From assembly GCA_910584165.1 (NCBI GenBank), contig CAJTZU010000003.1, positions 126,576-190,575 of the forward strand: DNA of 64,000 nt, read 5' to 3'. The stretch comes from an uncultured Bacilli bacterium (lineage in GTDB: Bacteria; Bacillota_I; Bacilli_A; RF39; UBA660). The notes beneath the pieces were generated by a model. The model had not been told where the DNA came from and searched no databases. It worked only from the letters and a program-made list of their open reading frames with translations. Positions 9,879-19,812 of the stretch are shown here, in pieces. Each line of letters opens with the position of its first letter. Position 1 is the stretch's first letter. Position numbers and translations under genes: made by a program.

Positions 9879-10457
9879 ATGATTATTTGTTTGGTTGGAA
9901 AAAGTGGTAGCGGAAAAAGTACAGTAGCGAATCTTTTTTGCAATTTGTCTACTTCTTTTTTACATATTGATATAGATTTAATTAGTCATAAAGTTATTAA
10001 TGAAGAGGAAGTTTCTCATCATTTATTAAAAGCATTTGGAAATACTATTTTTAAAGATGGAAAAGTGAATCGAAAAGCTCTAAGTACTATTGTTTTTCAT
10101 GATAAGAAAAAAATGAAGATATTGGAAGATATTACTTGGAGTGCGATGGAAAAAGAAATTGATTCTATGATTCAATCTCATTTAGATAAAATAATTTTAT
10201 TAGATTGGCAATTATTGCCTAAAACCAAATATTTTGATATAGCTGATAGAAGAATATTAGTAGATGCTCCTTTAGAAGTTAGGAAGAAAAGAGCAATTTC
10301 TAGAGATTCCATTTCTGAAGAAAAGTTTCTGGAACGAGAGAAAGCTTCTTTAAATTTAGAAAAGTATTCTTTTGATGATATTCTTATAAATACTACGAAA
10401 GAAGAACTTCAAAAGGAGGTGTATCGAATTTATGAAGAGAGTATTATACACAGGTAG
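9879..10457 (+). CDS. coaE: Dephospho-CoA kinase.
   Basis: P-loop IICLVGKSGSGKSTVA at the N-terminus. About 190 aa. Immediately upstream of and overlapping coaD. Confidence 0.6.
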   Translation: MIICLVGKSGSGKSTVANLFCNLSTSFLHIDIDLISHKVINEEEVSHHLLKAFGNTIFKDGKVNRKALSTIVFHDKKKMKILEDITWSAMEKEIDSMIQSHLDKIILLDWQLLPKTKYFDIADRRILVDAPLEVRKKRAISRDSISEEKFLEREKASLNLEKYSFDDILINTTKEELQKEVYRIYEESIIHR

Positions 10458-10920
10458 TTTTGATCCAATTACCAAAGGGCATATGAATATCATTTCACAG
10501 GCAAGTGAACTTTTTGATGAAGTGATAGTAGCAGTTTTACAGAATAGTAAAAAAGTAGACTCTTTTTTTACTATTGAAGAAAGAGTTCAATTGATGAAAA
10601 AAATATATAAGAATAAAAAGAATATTAAAATTATAATGGGAAGTGGGGCAGCAGTAGACTTGGCTTTTCAATATGAATGCAAAGCCATTATTAGAGGACT
10701 TAGAGGAATTACTGATTTTGATTATGAAATTCAAATGGCAGGTATTAATAAAGAGATTAGTAATCATCAAATAAACACGATTTGTTTATTTGCCGATCCT
10801 AATCAACAGTATATCTCCTCTAGTATGGTAAAAGAAATATTTTCCCTAAGGAAAAGTATTTGTAAATACGTAGATCCTATTATAGAAGAAGCAATGAAAC
10901 AAAAAAATTCTAGATTCTAG
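10432..10920 (+). CDS. coaD: Phosphopantetheine adenylyltransferase.
   Basis: RVLYTGSFDPITKGHMNII (T/HxGH nucleotidyltransferase motif), about 160 aa, typical PPAT. Confidence 0.85.
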   Translation: MKRVLYTGSFDPITKGHMNIISQASELFDEVIVAVLQNSKKVDSFFTIEERVQLMKKIYKNKKNIKIIMGSGAAVDLAFQYECKAIIRGLRGITDFDYEIQMAGINKEISNHQINTICLFADPNQQYISSSMVKEIFSLRKSICKYVDPIIEEAMKQKNSRF

Positions 10921-10926
10921 AATTTT

Positions 10927-11157
10927 TTATTCATTATTAGAAGTAGAATTTTTATCTGGAACGATAGATAACAGTTCATTAGGTGTACAGTTTAAATAAT
11001 TACATAGCGCTTCTATATATTTAAAAGAAATAGAAGAGGTTTCTCCTCGAATAATCCTATTTAAATTTCTAGAAGTTATATTCATTTGTTGACATAGCCA
11101 ATATTTTGATTTTCCATTTCTTTTTAATATTTCTACAATATTCATTTTAATCATCAA
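10927..11157 (-). CDS. XRE-family HTH transcriptional regulator (small, Cro/CI-like).
   Basis: HTH signature: KSKYWLCQQMNITSRNLNRIIRGE ... ALCNYLNCTPNELL. Confidence 0.7.
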   Translation of the reverse strand: MMIKMNIVEILKRNGKSKYWLCQQMNITSRNLNRIIRGETSSISFKYIEALCNYLNCTPNELLSIVPDKNSTSNNE

Positions 11158-11291
11158 GTATCACCTTCTGTATTTATTTTAAAGGATATGGAATATGAAA
11201 GTAAGATATTTGCATTACCTTTATTATATCTATAATTGAAAAAATAGAAAATAAAATCAAAAGTGTGATATAGTAGTATTAGGGTGATATC

Positions 11292-12059
11292 ATGAAAGTT
11301 TCTTTAATCCAAATGAATTCTAATGGAAATAAAAAAAGTAATGAAAAAAAAACGATGCAATTATTAAATCAATCGATTTTGACGAATCCTGATGTGATTT
11401 GTTTATCAGAATTATTTTTATCTTGGGGCACTGATTTTGAAAACGGTTCTGTTACAAAAGACGAAATCAAAATTTATCAGAATTTTGCTAAAGAAAATAA
11501 AGTTAACCTTATTTTAGGTACAGTTGCCTTAAAACAAGAAAATTCTAATAAAACGACCAATACTTGTTTTGTTATTGATAGAAATGGTAATATTGTTAGT
11601 CAATATGATAAAATTTATATGTATAAAGTAAATAAAGAGAGTTTTCAATTCGATGAGTTAGAAGACACTGTCCCAGGAAAAGATATAGGAATCTCAACAA
11701 TCGATGGAGTGAAAATAGGAATTGGTATCTGTTTTGATTTAAGATTCCCTGAGTATTTTCGAAAACTAGTGATGGCAGGCGCTCAAATTATTTTTTTACC
11801 TGCACATTTTAGAAAAGATACAGGAGAAAAGGCCTGGAATATTTTAATACCAGCACGTGCAATTGAAAATCAAGTTTATTTTTGTGCTTGTAATCAAACA
11901 GGAAAATCTTTGTGTGGAAAAACAAAGATTGTTGATTATGAAGGGAATACTTTAGAGCTTATTGAGGAAGAAGAAGGAATCATTAGTGCGAATTTAAACT
12001 TAGAAGCGCAAGCACAATTTCGAAAAGAATTACCAGTTTTAGAGCAAGTAAAATATTAA
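11292..12059 (+). CDS. Carbon-nitrogen hydrolase (nitrilase superfamily) protein.
   Basis: MKVSLIQMNS start, catalytic Glu context (CLSELF), GICFDLRFPE (catalytic Cys region), about 255 aa. Confidence 0.8.
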   Translation: MKVSLIQMNSNGNKKSNEKKTMQLLNQSILTNPDVICLSELFLSWGTDFENGSVTKDEIKIYQNFAKENKVNLILGTVALKQENSNKTTNTCFVIDRNGNIVSQYDKIYMYKVNKESFQFDELEDTVPGKDIGISTIDGVKIGIGICFDLRFPEYFRKLVMAGAQIIFLPAHFRKDTGEKAWNILIPARAIENQVYFCACNQTGKSLCGKTKIVDYEGNTLELIEEEEGIISANLNLEAQAQFRKELPVLEQVKY

Positions 12060-12074
12060 GAATTATAAAGAAAT

Positions 12075-12107
12075 AAGAAGAAAAGAGTTATCTTTTTCTT
12101 TTTTTGT
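12075..12107 (+). terminator. Possible terminator after the C-N hydrolase gene.
   Basis: Imperfect stem AGAAAAGAG / CTTTTTCT followed by TTTTTTG. Confidence 0.4.
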
Positions 12108-12137
12108 TATAATATTATTAAAAAGAAAGGTGATTTT

Positions 12138-12593
12138 ATGAATAAACTTTATCGATTTATGTATGAAAGATATGGAATAGATGAATTATATTATTTTAAT
12201 ATTTATCTTTATTTTTTATTAGTAATAGGAAATCTTTTTTTACGAATTCCTTATTTCTTTTTTGTAGAATTAACTGTTTTTATTTTTACTTTTTATCGTG
12301 TATTTTCAAAAAATAAACGTCAAAGAAAAAAAGAAAATGATTGGTATTTAAAAAGAAAAGAAACTTTTTTAAAACCTTTTCAAAATATGAAAAGAAATTG
12401 GAAAGATAGAAATGATTTTGTCTATAAAAAATGTCATAAATGTAGGACGACTTTACGATTACCACTTCCTTCTAAAAGAGGGCTCAATCATGTTATTTGT
12501 CCAAAATGTAAGAATAAATTAAATGTATTTTGTTTTAGAAAAGAAAAAATTGAAATTATTAAAGCGAATGGTGAGAAAAGATATTATTATTAA
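12138..12593 (+). CDS. Hypothetical membrane protein with a C-terminal CxxC...CxxC zinc ribbon.
   Basis: Two N-terminal TM segments, then CHKCRTT...CPKCKNK. Confidence 0.45.
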   Translation: MNKLYRFMYERYGIDELYYFNIYLYFLLVIGNLFLRIPYFFFVELTVFIFTFYRVFSKNKRQRKKENDWYLKRKETFLKPFQNMKRNWKDRNDFVYKKCHKCRTTLRLPLPSKRGLNHVICPKCKNKLNVFCFRKEKIEIIKANGEKRYYY

Positions 12594-12600
12594 TATTAAA

Positions 12601-12628
12601 AAGAATTTGAAAGAAATTCTTTTTTTTG
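12601..12628 (+). terminator. Rho-independent terminator.
   Basis: 8-bp stem AAGAATTT/AAATTCTT with loop GAAAG, then T7. Confidence 0.7.
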
Positions 12629-12741
12629 TCAAGTTGTTGTAAGAATTAAAAATATGAAAAGAAAATGAATGTTTTCTCCCCAAAAATCTTTATTTTATGT
12701 TAAAATAAGTTATTAATGAAGTATCAATGAGGTGTAGTTTT

Positions 12742-14127
12742 ATGGTGTTTAGTAGTTTAGAATTTCTATTTATATTTCTGCCAATCTTTTTAATTCTATA
12801 TTTTCCATGTAGCAGAAAAAAAAAGAATAGTTTATTGTTTCTTTTTAGTCTTATTTTTTACACATATGGAAGTATTAAAGAACCTATTTTTATTTTATTA
12901 ATAGTTGGATCTGTTATTATTAATTATTTTTTAGGGTTAAAGATAGAAAAGAGTTATTCTAAAAAATATTTAATTGTTGGGCTCATTTATAATTTTGGAT
13001 GGCTATTTCTTTTTAAATATTATGGTTTCTTTTCTTTACAAATGAATCAGTTATTAAATAATTCTCTTTTTCCTACTTTTGATTTTATTTTACCGATTGG
13101 AATCAGTTTCTATACTTTTCAAACAGTTTCCTATTTAATTGATGTTTATCGAAAAGATACAAAGGCAGAGAAATCTTTTATTAAATTTGGTACTTATATT
13201 ACAATGTTTCCACAGTTAATTGCTGGGCCTATTATTACTTATAAAAGTATTCGTAGGGAGTTGGATAATCGAAAGGCAGGAATTGATAATTTCTATATTG
13301 GTCTAAAATCTTTTATTATGGGATTAGGATATAAAGTATTACTTGCGAATAGAATAGGAAGTTTGTGGAATGATATTCAAGGAATCGGTTTTGAAAGTAT
13401 TTCTACACCCCTAGCTTTTTTAGGAATTATAGCTTTTTCTTTTCAAATTTATTTTGATTTCTATGGATATTCTTTAATGGCATTAGGCTTAGGAAAAATA
13501 TTAGGTTTTACCATTCCTATTAATTTTGATTATCCCTACTTATCTAGAAGTATGACAGAATTTTGGAGAAGATGGCATATTACACTAGGAAGTTGGTTTA
13601 GACAGTATGTGTATATTCCATTAGGTGGAAATCGCCATGGATTATTAAAAACGCTTAGAAATCTTCTCATTGTTTGGTTATTAACGGGATTGTGGCATGG
13701 AGTTAATTGGAATTTTGTGATATGGGGACTTGTCACTTGCTTTTTCATTATGATAGAAAAACTTTGGCTAAAGAAATTTTTAGATAATCATAAAATATTT
13801 TCTAGAATTTATATGATTGCCTTAATTCCTCTTACTTGGACAATATTTGCAGTTACAGATTTGAAGGAATTAGGAATTCTTTTTACTAGGCTATTTCCTT
13901 TTGTTAAAGGTATAAATGTATATAGTTTAGATTATGTAGAATATTTGAAATCTTATGGGTGGTTATTGTTAGTAGGTCTCTTCTTTTGTACAAGGATTCC
14001 TGATAACTTTTTAAAGAAAATAAAAAATCCAATTTTGGAAATTCTAGTTTATTTAGCGATTTTTTGGTTATCTGTTTATTGTTTATGTCGCGAAGCCAAT
14101 GATCCATTTTTATATTTTAGGTTTTAA
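12742..14127 (+). CDS. MBOAT-family membrane O-acyltransferase (AlgI/DltB/PatA-like).
   Basis: The track ORF starts at 12727. The ATG at 12742 follows GAGGTG. Multi-TM protein with conserved WRRWHITLGSWFRQYVYIPLGG and the MBOAT His region. Confidence 0.85.
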   Translation: MVFSSLEFLFIFLPIFLILYFPCSRKKKNSLLFLFSLIFYTYGSIKEPIFILLIVGSVIINYFLGLKIEKSYSKKYLIVGLIYNFGWLFLFKYYGFFSLQMNQLLNNSLFPTFDFILPIGISFYTFQTVSYLIDVYRKDTKAEKSFIKFGTYITMFPQLIAGPIITYKSIRRELDNRKAGIDNFYIGLKSFIMGLGYKVLLANRIGSLWNDIQGIGFESISTPLAFLGIIAFSFQIYFDFYGYSLMALGLGKILGFTIPINFDYPYLSRSMTEFWRRWHITLGSWFRQYVYIPLGGNRHGLLKTLRNLLIVWLLTGLWHGVNWNFVIWGLVTCFFIMIEKLWLKKFLDNHKIFSRIYMIALIPLTWTIFAVTDLKELGILFTRLFPFVKGINVYSLDYVEYLKSYGWLLLVGLFFCTRIPDNFLKKIKNPILEILVYLAIFWLSVYCLCREANDPFLYFRF

Positions 14128-14138
14128 GGAGTGTTAGT

Positions 14139-14996
14139 ATGATAAAAAAGAATAGTTTAAATTTTATTAGAGCTTTTTTATGTAGTATAGTAATTGCTTC
14201 TCCTTTTTTGATTAGACAAATTCCTTATGTAAAAGAAAAACTATCCAATGGAAAAAAAGATTATGCTTATTTAGAAGAACCAAATGATTTTCCTGAAACA
14301 CCAGAGAAGCCTTCTACAGATAATAGTGCTTCTAATACTAATAATAGCAATGAAAATCCTATAGAAAAACCAGAAGAGAAAACCCTTTCTTTCGAGACTG
14401 TAACAAATAGTTATTTTGATGATGCTTTATTGATAGGGGATTCGAGGACAGTGGGTATTCAAAAATATGGAGATTTAAAAAATGCTACTTATTTTTGCGA
14501 TACTGGGATGTCTATTTACAATATTTATTCTAAGAAGTTGTCTGTTTCAGGAGTAGGAAAAGTAACTTTAAAAGAATTGTTACATAAGAAACAATTTGGT
14601 AAAATATACATCATGCTTGGTATTAATGAAATAGGGAATAATATGGATAAAAGTGCGAAAAAGTTTCAAGAGGTTGTAAAACTTTTAAGGGATAGTCAAC
14701 CGAATGCAATTATTTTTATTCAAGCTAATTTACATGTTACAAAAGAAAAAAGTGAAAAAGGACCAACTTTTAATAATAGAAGAATTGATAAATATAATAG
14801 TAAATTAGCAGCTTTAGCTGATAACAAGAATATTTTTTACTTCGATGCCAATAGTCTTTTTGATGATGCTGGTGGAAATTTAAGAAAAGATTATACTTTT
14901 GATAACACTCACATTTATGCAAAATACTATGTAAATTGGACGAGATATATAAAAGAACATGGAATTATAAAAACAAGTGAAGAGCAAACTATATAA
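14139..14996 (+). CDS. Secreted SGNH/GDSL-type esterase or acyltransferase partner of the MBOAT (DltD/PatB/AlgJ-like).
   Basis: Signal anchor, then LLIGDSRTVG (GDS block). Translationally coupled position right after the MBOAT gene. Confidence 0.6.
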   Translation: MIKKNSLNFIRAFLCSIVIASPFLIRQIPYVKEKLSNGKKDYAYLEEPNDFPETPEKPSTDNSASNTNNSNENPIEKPEEKTLSFETVTNSYFDDALLIGDSRTVGIQKYGDLKNATYFCDTGMSIYNIYSKKLSVSGVGKVTLKELLHKKQFGKIYIMLGINEIGNNMDKSAKKFQEVVKLLRDSQPNAIIFIQANLHVTKEKSEKGPTFNNRRIDKYNSKLAALADNKNIFYFDANSLFDDAGGNLRKDYTFDNTHIYAKYYVNWTRYIKEHGIIKTSEEQTI

Positions 14997-14998
14997 AA

Positions 14999-15022
14999 AA
15001 AGAAATCTTAGGATTTCTTTTC
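14999..15022. terminator. Possible bidirectional terminator between convergent genes.
   Basis: Stem AGAAATC/GATTTCT with loop TTAG and flanking A/T runs. It overlaps the stop of the minus-strand gene. Confidence 0.4.
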
Positions 15023-15847
15023 ATTTGTAGGAAAATGAAGTCTATATTGAATTTCTTCTTCTTGCTTTTGATTTTCTATTTTTTCTGCCCAAGCTTTTAA
15101 TGCTTTTTTGTAGAATTCTCTTAATTTCATCAAAATTTCTTCTTCTAGAATTTCTCCATCTCTTTTATCTTTTTCTTTATAAATGGCTGCACATTTTCTA
15201 AATTCTGCAATGAAGTCTTCAAAACTCTTTTCATCTAAATAACGAATAATCATTTTTAGGGCATTACTTTCTGTATTGCATTTTTTTCGGTAATTACTTT
15301 TAGAAATTGTTTCTCTTAATTCTTCTTTTTGATAAGTAAATCCTGGTAAAGCAGCTTGCTCATAGTGAACATTCTCAGCTGCTTCCATACTATTTAGAAC
15401 TTCTGGATTGCAAGAATTTTTTAATAATTTTGGTAATACTTTTTCTGGATCTAGATATCCAAATTGATAGTAGAATGCAACTAGTTCATAAATATGAGTA
15501 GTTACTTCTGTAGATACTCTAGAAGTGATATTAGGCACTAAATCGGATAAATAAGCTTGTATTAATACGATGATTCCATCTTTATGGTTATTCTCGATAT
15601 TTATTCTTTTTAATTCTATTGAGAAATTATTTAAAAATTGAAATATTTGATAGTAAGGAATTCTTTGAAATAAAAAGCATAGAAATTTTGCTTCATGGTA
15701 GGAAATTAAGTCATTAGAAAAATCTGCATCATTTATATTTTCGAGTGCTTGTTGATAATCTTCTAGTGCTAAATTACCTGTTCTATAATGTTCTATTAAT
15801 GGTTTCATAATTTGAATTAATTTGATTTTATTTATGTTTTTACTCAT
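15008..15847 (-). CDS. Hypothetical cytoplasmic protein of 279 aa.
   Basis: Clean ORF with its own promoter region. No recognisable family. Confidence 0.5.
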   Translation of the reverse strand: MSKNINKIKLIQIMKPLIEHYRTGNLALEDYQQALENINDADFSNDLISYHEAKFLCFLFQRIPYYQIFQFLNNFSIELKRINIENNHKDGIIVLIQAYLSDLVPNITSRVSTEVTTHIYELVAFYYQFGYLDPEKVLPKLLKNSCNPEVLNSMEAAENVHYEQAALPGFTYQKEELRETISKSNYRKKCNTESNALKMIIRYLDEKSFEDFIAEFRKCAAIYKEKDKRDGEILEEEILMKLREFYKKALKAWAEKIENQKQEEEIQYRLHFPTNEKKS

Positions 15848-15965
15848 GCTATCACTCTCTTAGTAATCTATTATATACTTTTTGAACTAGCACTGTAAAG
15901 ATAAAAATAAAAAATATTCTATTTTTTTTATTTTATGCTATAATGACTACAGAAAGAGGGATACT

Positions 15966-16655
15966 ATGAGCATTTTAGTAGTAGATGATGAAATGGAAAT
16001 TGCCGATTTAATTGAAATCTATTTAAAGAATGAAGGTTATCAAGTTTATAAATACTATAATGGAAATGATGTATTAAAAGAAATTGATGATTTACAATTG
16101 GATTTAGCAATCTTAGATGTTATGATGCCTGAGATAGATGGATTCACATTATGTAGTAAAATAAGAGAAAAATATACGTTTCCAATTATTTTTGAGACTG
16201 CTAAAGTAGAAGATATTGATAAAATAAATGGTCTAACGATTGGAGCTGATGACTATATTACCAAGCCATTTCAGCCATTAGAATTAGTTGCTCGTGTAAA
16301 AGCACAATTAAGGAGATATAAAAACTATAATCCAAATAGTGAAAGGAATGCTTCTGTTATTGATTTTCGTGGAATTGTTATCAATAATGACACGCATGAA
16401 TCTTGTTTTAATAATAAAAAGATAGAATTAACACCCACTGAATTTTCTATTCTATGGATTTTATGTAAAAATAGAGGAAGTGTTGTTAAAACGGAAGATT
16501 TATTTATGGAAGTATGGAAAGAAAAATATTTAGAAAAAGATAATAATACTATCATGGTACATATTAGACATTTAAGAGAAAAGATGAAAGATACTGGCAA
16601 AAATCCAAAGTATATTAAAACTGTATGGGGAGTAGGTTATAAGATTGAAAAATAA
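15966..16655 (+). CDS. OmpR-family response regulator, VanR-like.
   Basis: Receiver domain (VVDDEMEIADLIEIYLKNEGYQV...LDVMMPEIDGF) plus a winged-helix C-terminus. Close resemblance to the VanR N-terminus. Confidence 0.85.
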   Translation: MSILVVDDEMEIADLIEIYLKNEGYQVYKYYNGNDVLKEIDDLQLDLAILDVMMPEIDGFTLCSKIREKYTFPIIFETAKVEDIDKINGLTIGADDYITKPFQPLELVARVKAQLRRYKNYNPNSERNASVIDFRGIVINNDTHESCFNNKKIELTPTEFSILWILCKNRGSVVKTEDLFMEVWKEKYLEKDNNTIMVHIRHLREKMKDTGKNPKYIKTVWGVGYKIEK

Positions 16656-17769
16656 AGAATTGTTAAAAAATAAATTGGTTCGTAAAACATTTTGGGATTT
16701 TATAACAAAGATATTTCTTTGGTCAACTATCTTTCCTCTTGGATGTTACTTTACTTTGCTAATTCTTTTAAGACTTGATTATTCGTGGCTATATAATCTT
16801 TCTCCTTTTTGGTATCGTAGAGCGCTAGGCTTTTATGAATTCTTATTTAGAGATGGAATGATTTTTGTTTTCATCTTCTTGATTTGGCTAATAGGCGTTC
16901 TTATCTTCTTATATCGTTTATTAAAAAAAGTATTTACTTATGTAGAAGCATTATCAAAAGCTGCTAATTTATTACTGGATAAAAATGTAGAATATATAGA
17001 ACTTCCAGACGAATTAGAAGAAATTGAAAGAAATATAAACTATTTAAAAAGAGAATCTGCTAGAAATGAAAAAGTAGCACGAGAAAATGTACAGAAGAAA
17101 AATGATTTAGTAGTTTATCTTGCCCATGATTTAAAAACACCTCTTACTTCTTTGATAGGATATTTATCGTTATTAGAAGAAGTAAAAGATATGCCTAAAG
17201 CGCAAAGAGAAAAATATATTTCAATTACACTAGAAAAGTCCTATAAATTAGAAGATTTAATAAATGAATTATTCGATATTACTAGATTTAATTCGGAAGT
17301 TATGGTATTAGAACCTGAAGAAATTAATCTAAATCTCATGTTAGAGCAAATCGTAGATGATTTTTATCCAGTTTTGAAAGAAAATGAAAGAGAGATAGAA
17401 CTTTCTATTTCTGATAAGATTATGTTAGAGGCAGATCCCGATAAACTTGCCCGCGTATTTAATAATTTAATTAAGAATGCAATTTACTATAGTACTGATA
17501 AAACAATTACAATAGAAATAAATCAATATGATAGTATGATAGAAGCTGTTATTACGAATAAGGGAAAGAAAATATCAGAAGAAAAATTAAAAAGGATTTT
17601 TGAAAAATTTTATCGTGCAGATTCTTCACGTACTAGTAAAACAGGAGGAAGTGGTCTTGGCCTTGCAATTGCAAAAGATATTGTAGAATTACATGGTGGA
17701 ACTATTAAAGCAACTTCTGATAAAGACTATACGAAATTTTATGTGGAATTACCATTATCAAAAAATTAA
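16645..17769 (+). CDS. Sensor histidine kinase, VanS-like.
   Basis: Two TM helices. H-box HDLKTPLTSLIGYLSLLEE, N-box NLIKNAIYYS, G-box GGSGLGLAI. Confidence 0.85.
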   Translation: MKNKELLKNKLVRKTFWDFITKIFLWSTIFPLGCYFTLLILLRLDYSWLYNLSPFWYRRALGFYEFLFRDGMIFVFIFLIWLIGVLIFLYRLLKKVFTYVEALSKAANLLLDKNVEYIELPDELEEIERNINYLKRESARNEKVARENVQKKNDLVVYLAHDLKTPLTSLIGYLSLLEEVKDMPKAQREKYISITLEKSYKLEDLINELFDITRFNSEVMVLEPEEINLNLMLEQIVDDFYPVLKENEREIELSISDKIMLEADPDKLARVFNNLIKNAIYYSTDKTITIEINQYDSMIEAVITNKGKKISEEKLKRIFEKFYRADSSRTSKTGGSGLGLAIAKDIVELHGGTIKATSDKDYTKFYVELPLSKN

Positions 17770-17857
17770 GGAAATATTAGAAGAAAGTAAGTAAATCCTT
17801 GCTTTCTATTTTATTTTTTATAGAATGGTAGTATAATGAGACTGTTAGGAGGAGTAT

Positions 17858-18616
17858 ATGCTAGAGGTAAAAGATGTAAAAAAGAAATTCGTTAGATATA
17901 CGAAAGATAAAAAGAAAGAAGAATTTTATGCTGATAAAGGAATCAGCTTTCAAGCAAAAGAAGGTACTATTGTTGGTATTTTAGGCCCAAATGGGGCGGG
18001 CAAAACAACTTTACTTAGAATGATAGGTGGAATTTTAGAACCAACGGATGGTAGTATCATTATTGATAAGTTAAACTATGATAAGAATGAAATAGAAATA
18101 AAAAAGAAAATTGCCTATTTATCTGGTAATACCAAAATTTATCAGTCTATTTCAGGTTATGAATTATTAAAGATGTGTGGAGAATTATATGATGTTCCTA
18201 AAAGTGAGATTGAGGGAAGAATTTCTAAAATTTCAAAAGAATTAGAAATGGAATCTTTTTTGCACAATCGAATTTCTAACTTATCTACAGGGCAAACTCA
18301 AAGAGTAAATATAGCGAGATGTTTAGTACATGATCCGAAATATTATATTTTAGATGAGGCGACTAGTGGATTAGATATTATTTCTAGTCAAGTTATTTTA
18401 GATTTTATTAAAAAAGAAAAAGAGAATGGAAAAATTATTTTATATTCTACCCATTATATGGAAGAAGCAGAAAATATTTGTGATTATGTTATTATGATTC
18501 ACAAAGGGCTTGTTATTAAAGAGGGTACTCCAGAAGATATAAAAAAGGCTACAAAGACAACAAATTTAAGAGATGCCTTTTTCACCTTAATAGGGGGTGT
18601 AGAGAATGAAAAGTAA
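17858..18616 (+). CDS. ABC transporter ATP-binding protein.
   Basis: Walker A GPNGAGKTT, signature LSTGQTQRV, Walker B ILDEATSGLD. Confidence 0.85.
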   Translation: MLEVKDVKKKFVRYTKDKKKEEFYADKGISFQAKEGTIVGILGPNGAGKTTLLRMIGGILEPTDGSIIIDKLNYDKNEIEIKKKIAYLSGNTKIYQSISGYELLKMCGELYDVPKSEIEGRISKISKELEMESFLHNRISNLSTGQTQRVNIARCLVHDPKYYILDEATSGLDIISSQVILDFIKKEKENGKIILYSTHYMEEAENICDYVIMIHKGLVIKEGTPEDIKKATKTTNLRDAFFTLIGGVENEK

Positions 18617-19754
18617 TATTTTTAAAATCTTAAAAAAAGAATTAAGAGAAACTATTCGTGATAAAAAGTCATTGATGATGATGTTATTAATGCCTTTTAT
18701 TATTCCTGCTTTTGCAATAGGAATGTCTTTCTTTTATGAAGCCATGAGTGATACTCCTATTGAAAATTATAATAAACTAGGTTTTGCTTATGAAGTAACA
18801 GATGCTGAAAAATTAATTTTTGAGGAATTACAAATTGAACCAGTTTATGACAATGTGGATTCTTTAAAAGAACAATATGAGAAGGGAGAAATTAATCTTT
18901 ATATTACAAGAGAGGATAAGACTTATACCTTACATGGGGATTATGATGAATCTACTCAGATGGCAGATGCTTTAGCAATGAGCTATTTAGAAGCCTATAA
19001 AGTTTATTTGCAATCAGAATATTTAGTAGAACAAGAAATTAATCCGTTAGAAGTAATTGATATTTTAAGAGTACAAGAGGATATTACTATGAAGAAAAAT
19101 CCTTTTGTAGAGATGATTACCCAAGAATGTTTTATGTTTTTGATTATGGCTCTTGCTATGGCTGCTGTTTATACTACAACAGATTCTATTGCAGGGGAAA
19201 AAGAAAAGGGAACTTTAGAAACTTTACTTACTTTCCCAGTAAAATCTAAAGATATTATTTTAGGAAAATTCTTAAGTATTTCTATTTCTTCTATAGTAGC
19301 AGGCTTACTTAGTATTGTTTTGATGTTAGGCTCATTATTCTATTTAGATGGTGCTTTTACAATCTATGAAGATGCTAACATTATTCCTAGTTTTCAGACT
19401 ATTTGCTATATGATTTTTATGGTAGTCATTTATTCTTTCTTTATTAGTGGATTATGCATTGCTGTAGCTAGTAAGACAAAGACTTATAAAGAGGCTCAGA
19501 GTGCTTTAACACCTGTTTCTTTTATAGCGTTTATTCCATCCTTAATTGCTACTTTAATGGGTCTTAAGACAACTACTGTTTTCTCTTTAATACCATTTTT
19601 AAATATTTCTTTATTGTTTAATGATATGATTGCTGGTAATATTAATCTTATTAATTTAGCGCTTGGAACATTTAGTTCTCTTATCTTTATTGTAATTGTT
19701 CTATCTATTATTATTAAACAATATAAATCAGAAAAAGTATTATTTTCAAATTAG
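18606..19754 (+). CDS. ABC-2 type transporter permease.
   Basis: 6-TM ABC-2 topology. Overlaps the ATPase gene by 11 nt, consistent with translational coupling. Confidence 0.7.
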   Translation: MKSNIFKILKKELRETIRDKKSLMMMLLMPFIIPAFAIGMSFFYEAMSDTPIENYNKLGFAYEVTDAEKLIFEELQIEPVYDNVDSLKEQYEKGEINLYITREDKTYTLHGDYDESTQMADALAMSYLEAYKVYLQSEYLVEQEINPLEVIDILRVQEDITMKKNPFVEMITQECFMFLIMALAMAAVYTTTDSIAGEKEKGTLETLLTFPVKSKDIILGKFLSISISSIVAGLLSIVLMLGSLFYLDGAFTIYEDANIIPSFQTICYMIFMVVIYSFFISGLCIAVASKTKTYKEAQSALTPVSFIAFIPSLIATLMGLKTTTVFSLIPFLNISLLFNDMIAGNINLINLALGTFSSLIFIVIVLSIIIKQYKSEKVLFSN

Positions 19755-19812
19755 GGGTTCTTTCGAGAACTCCTTTATGTTATAATCAATAATAGAGAGG
19801 TGTTAAGAGAAT

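Noticed and set aside
10537-10770. Minus-strand ORF inside coaD.
   Set aside because: Antisense shadow. coaD is strongly supported.
13536-14107. Minus-strand ORFs inside the MBOAT gene.
   Set aside because: Antisense shadows.
16325-16600. Minus-strand ORF inside the response-regulator gene.
   Set aside because: Antisense shadow.
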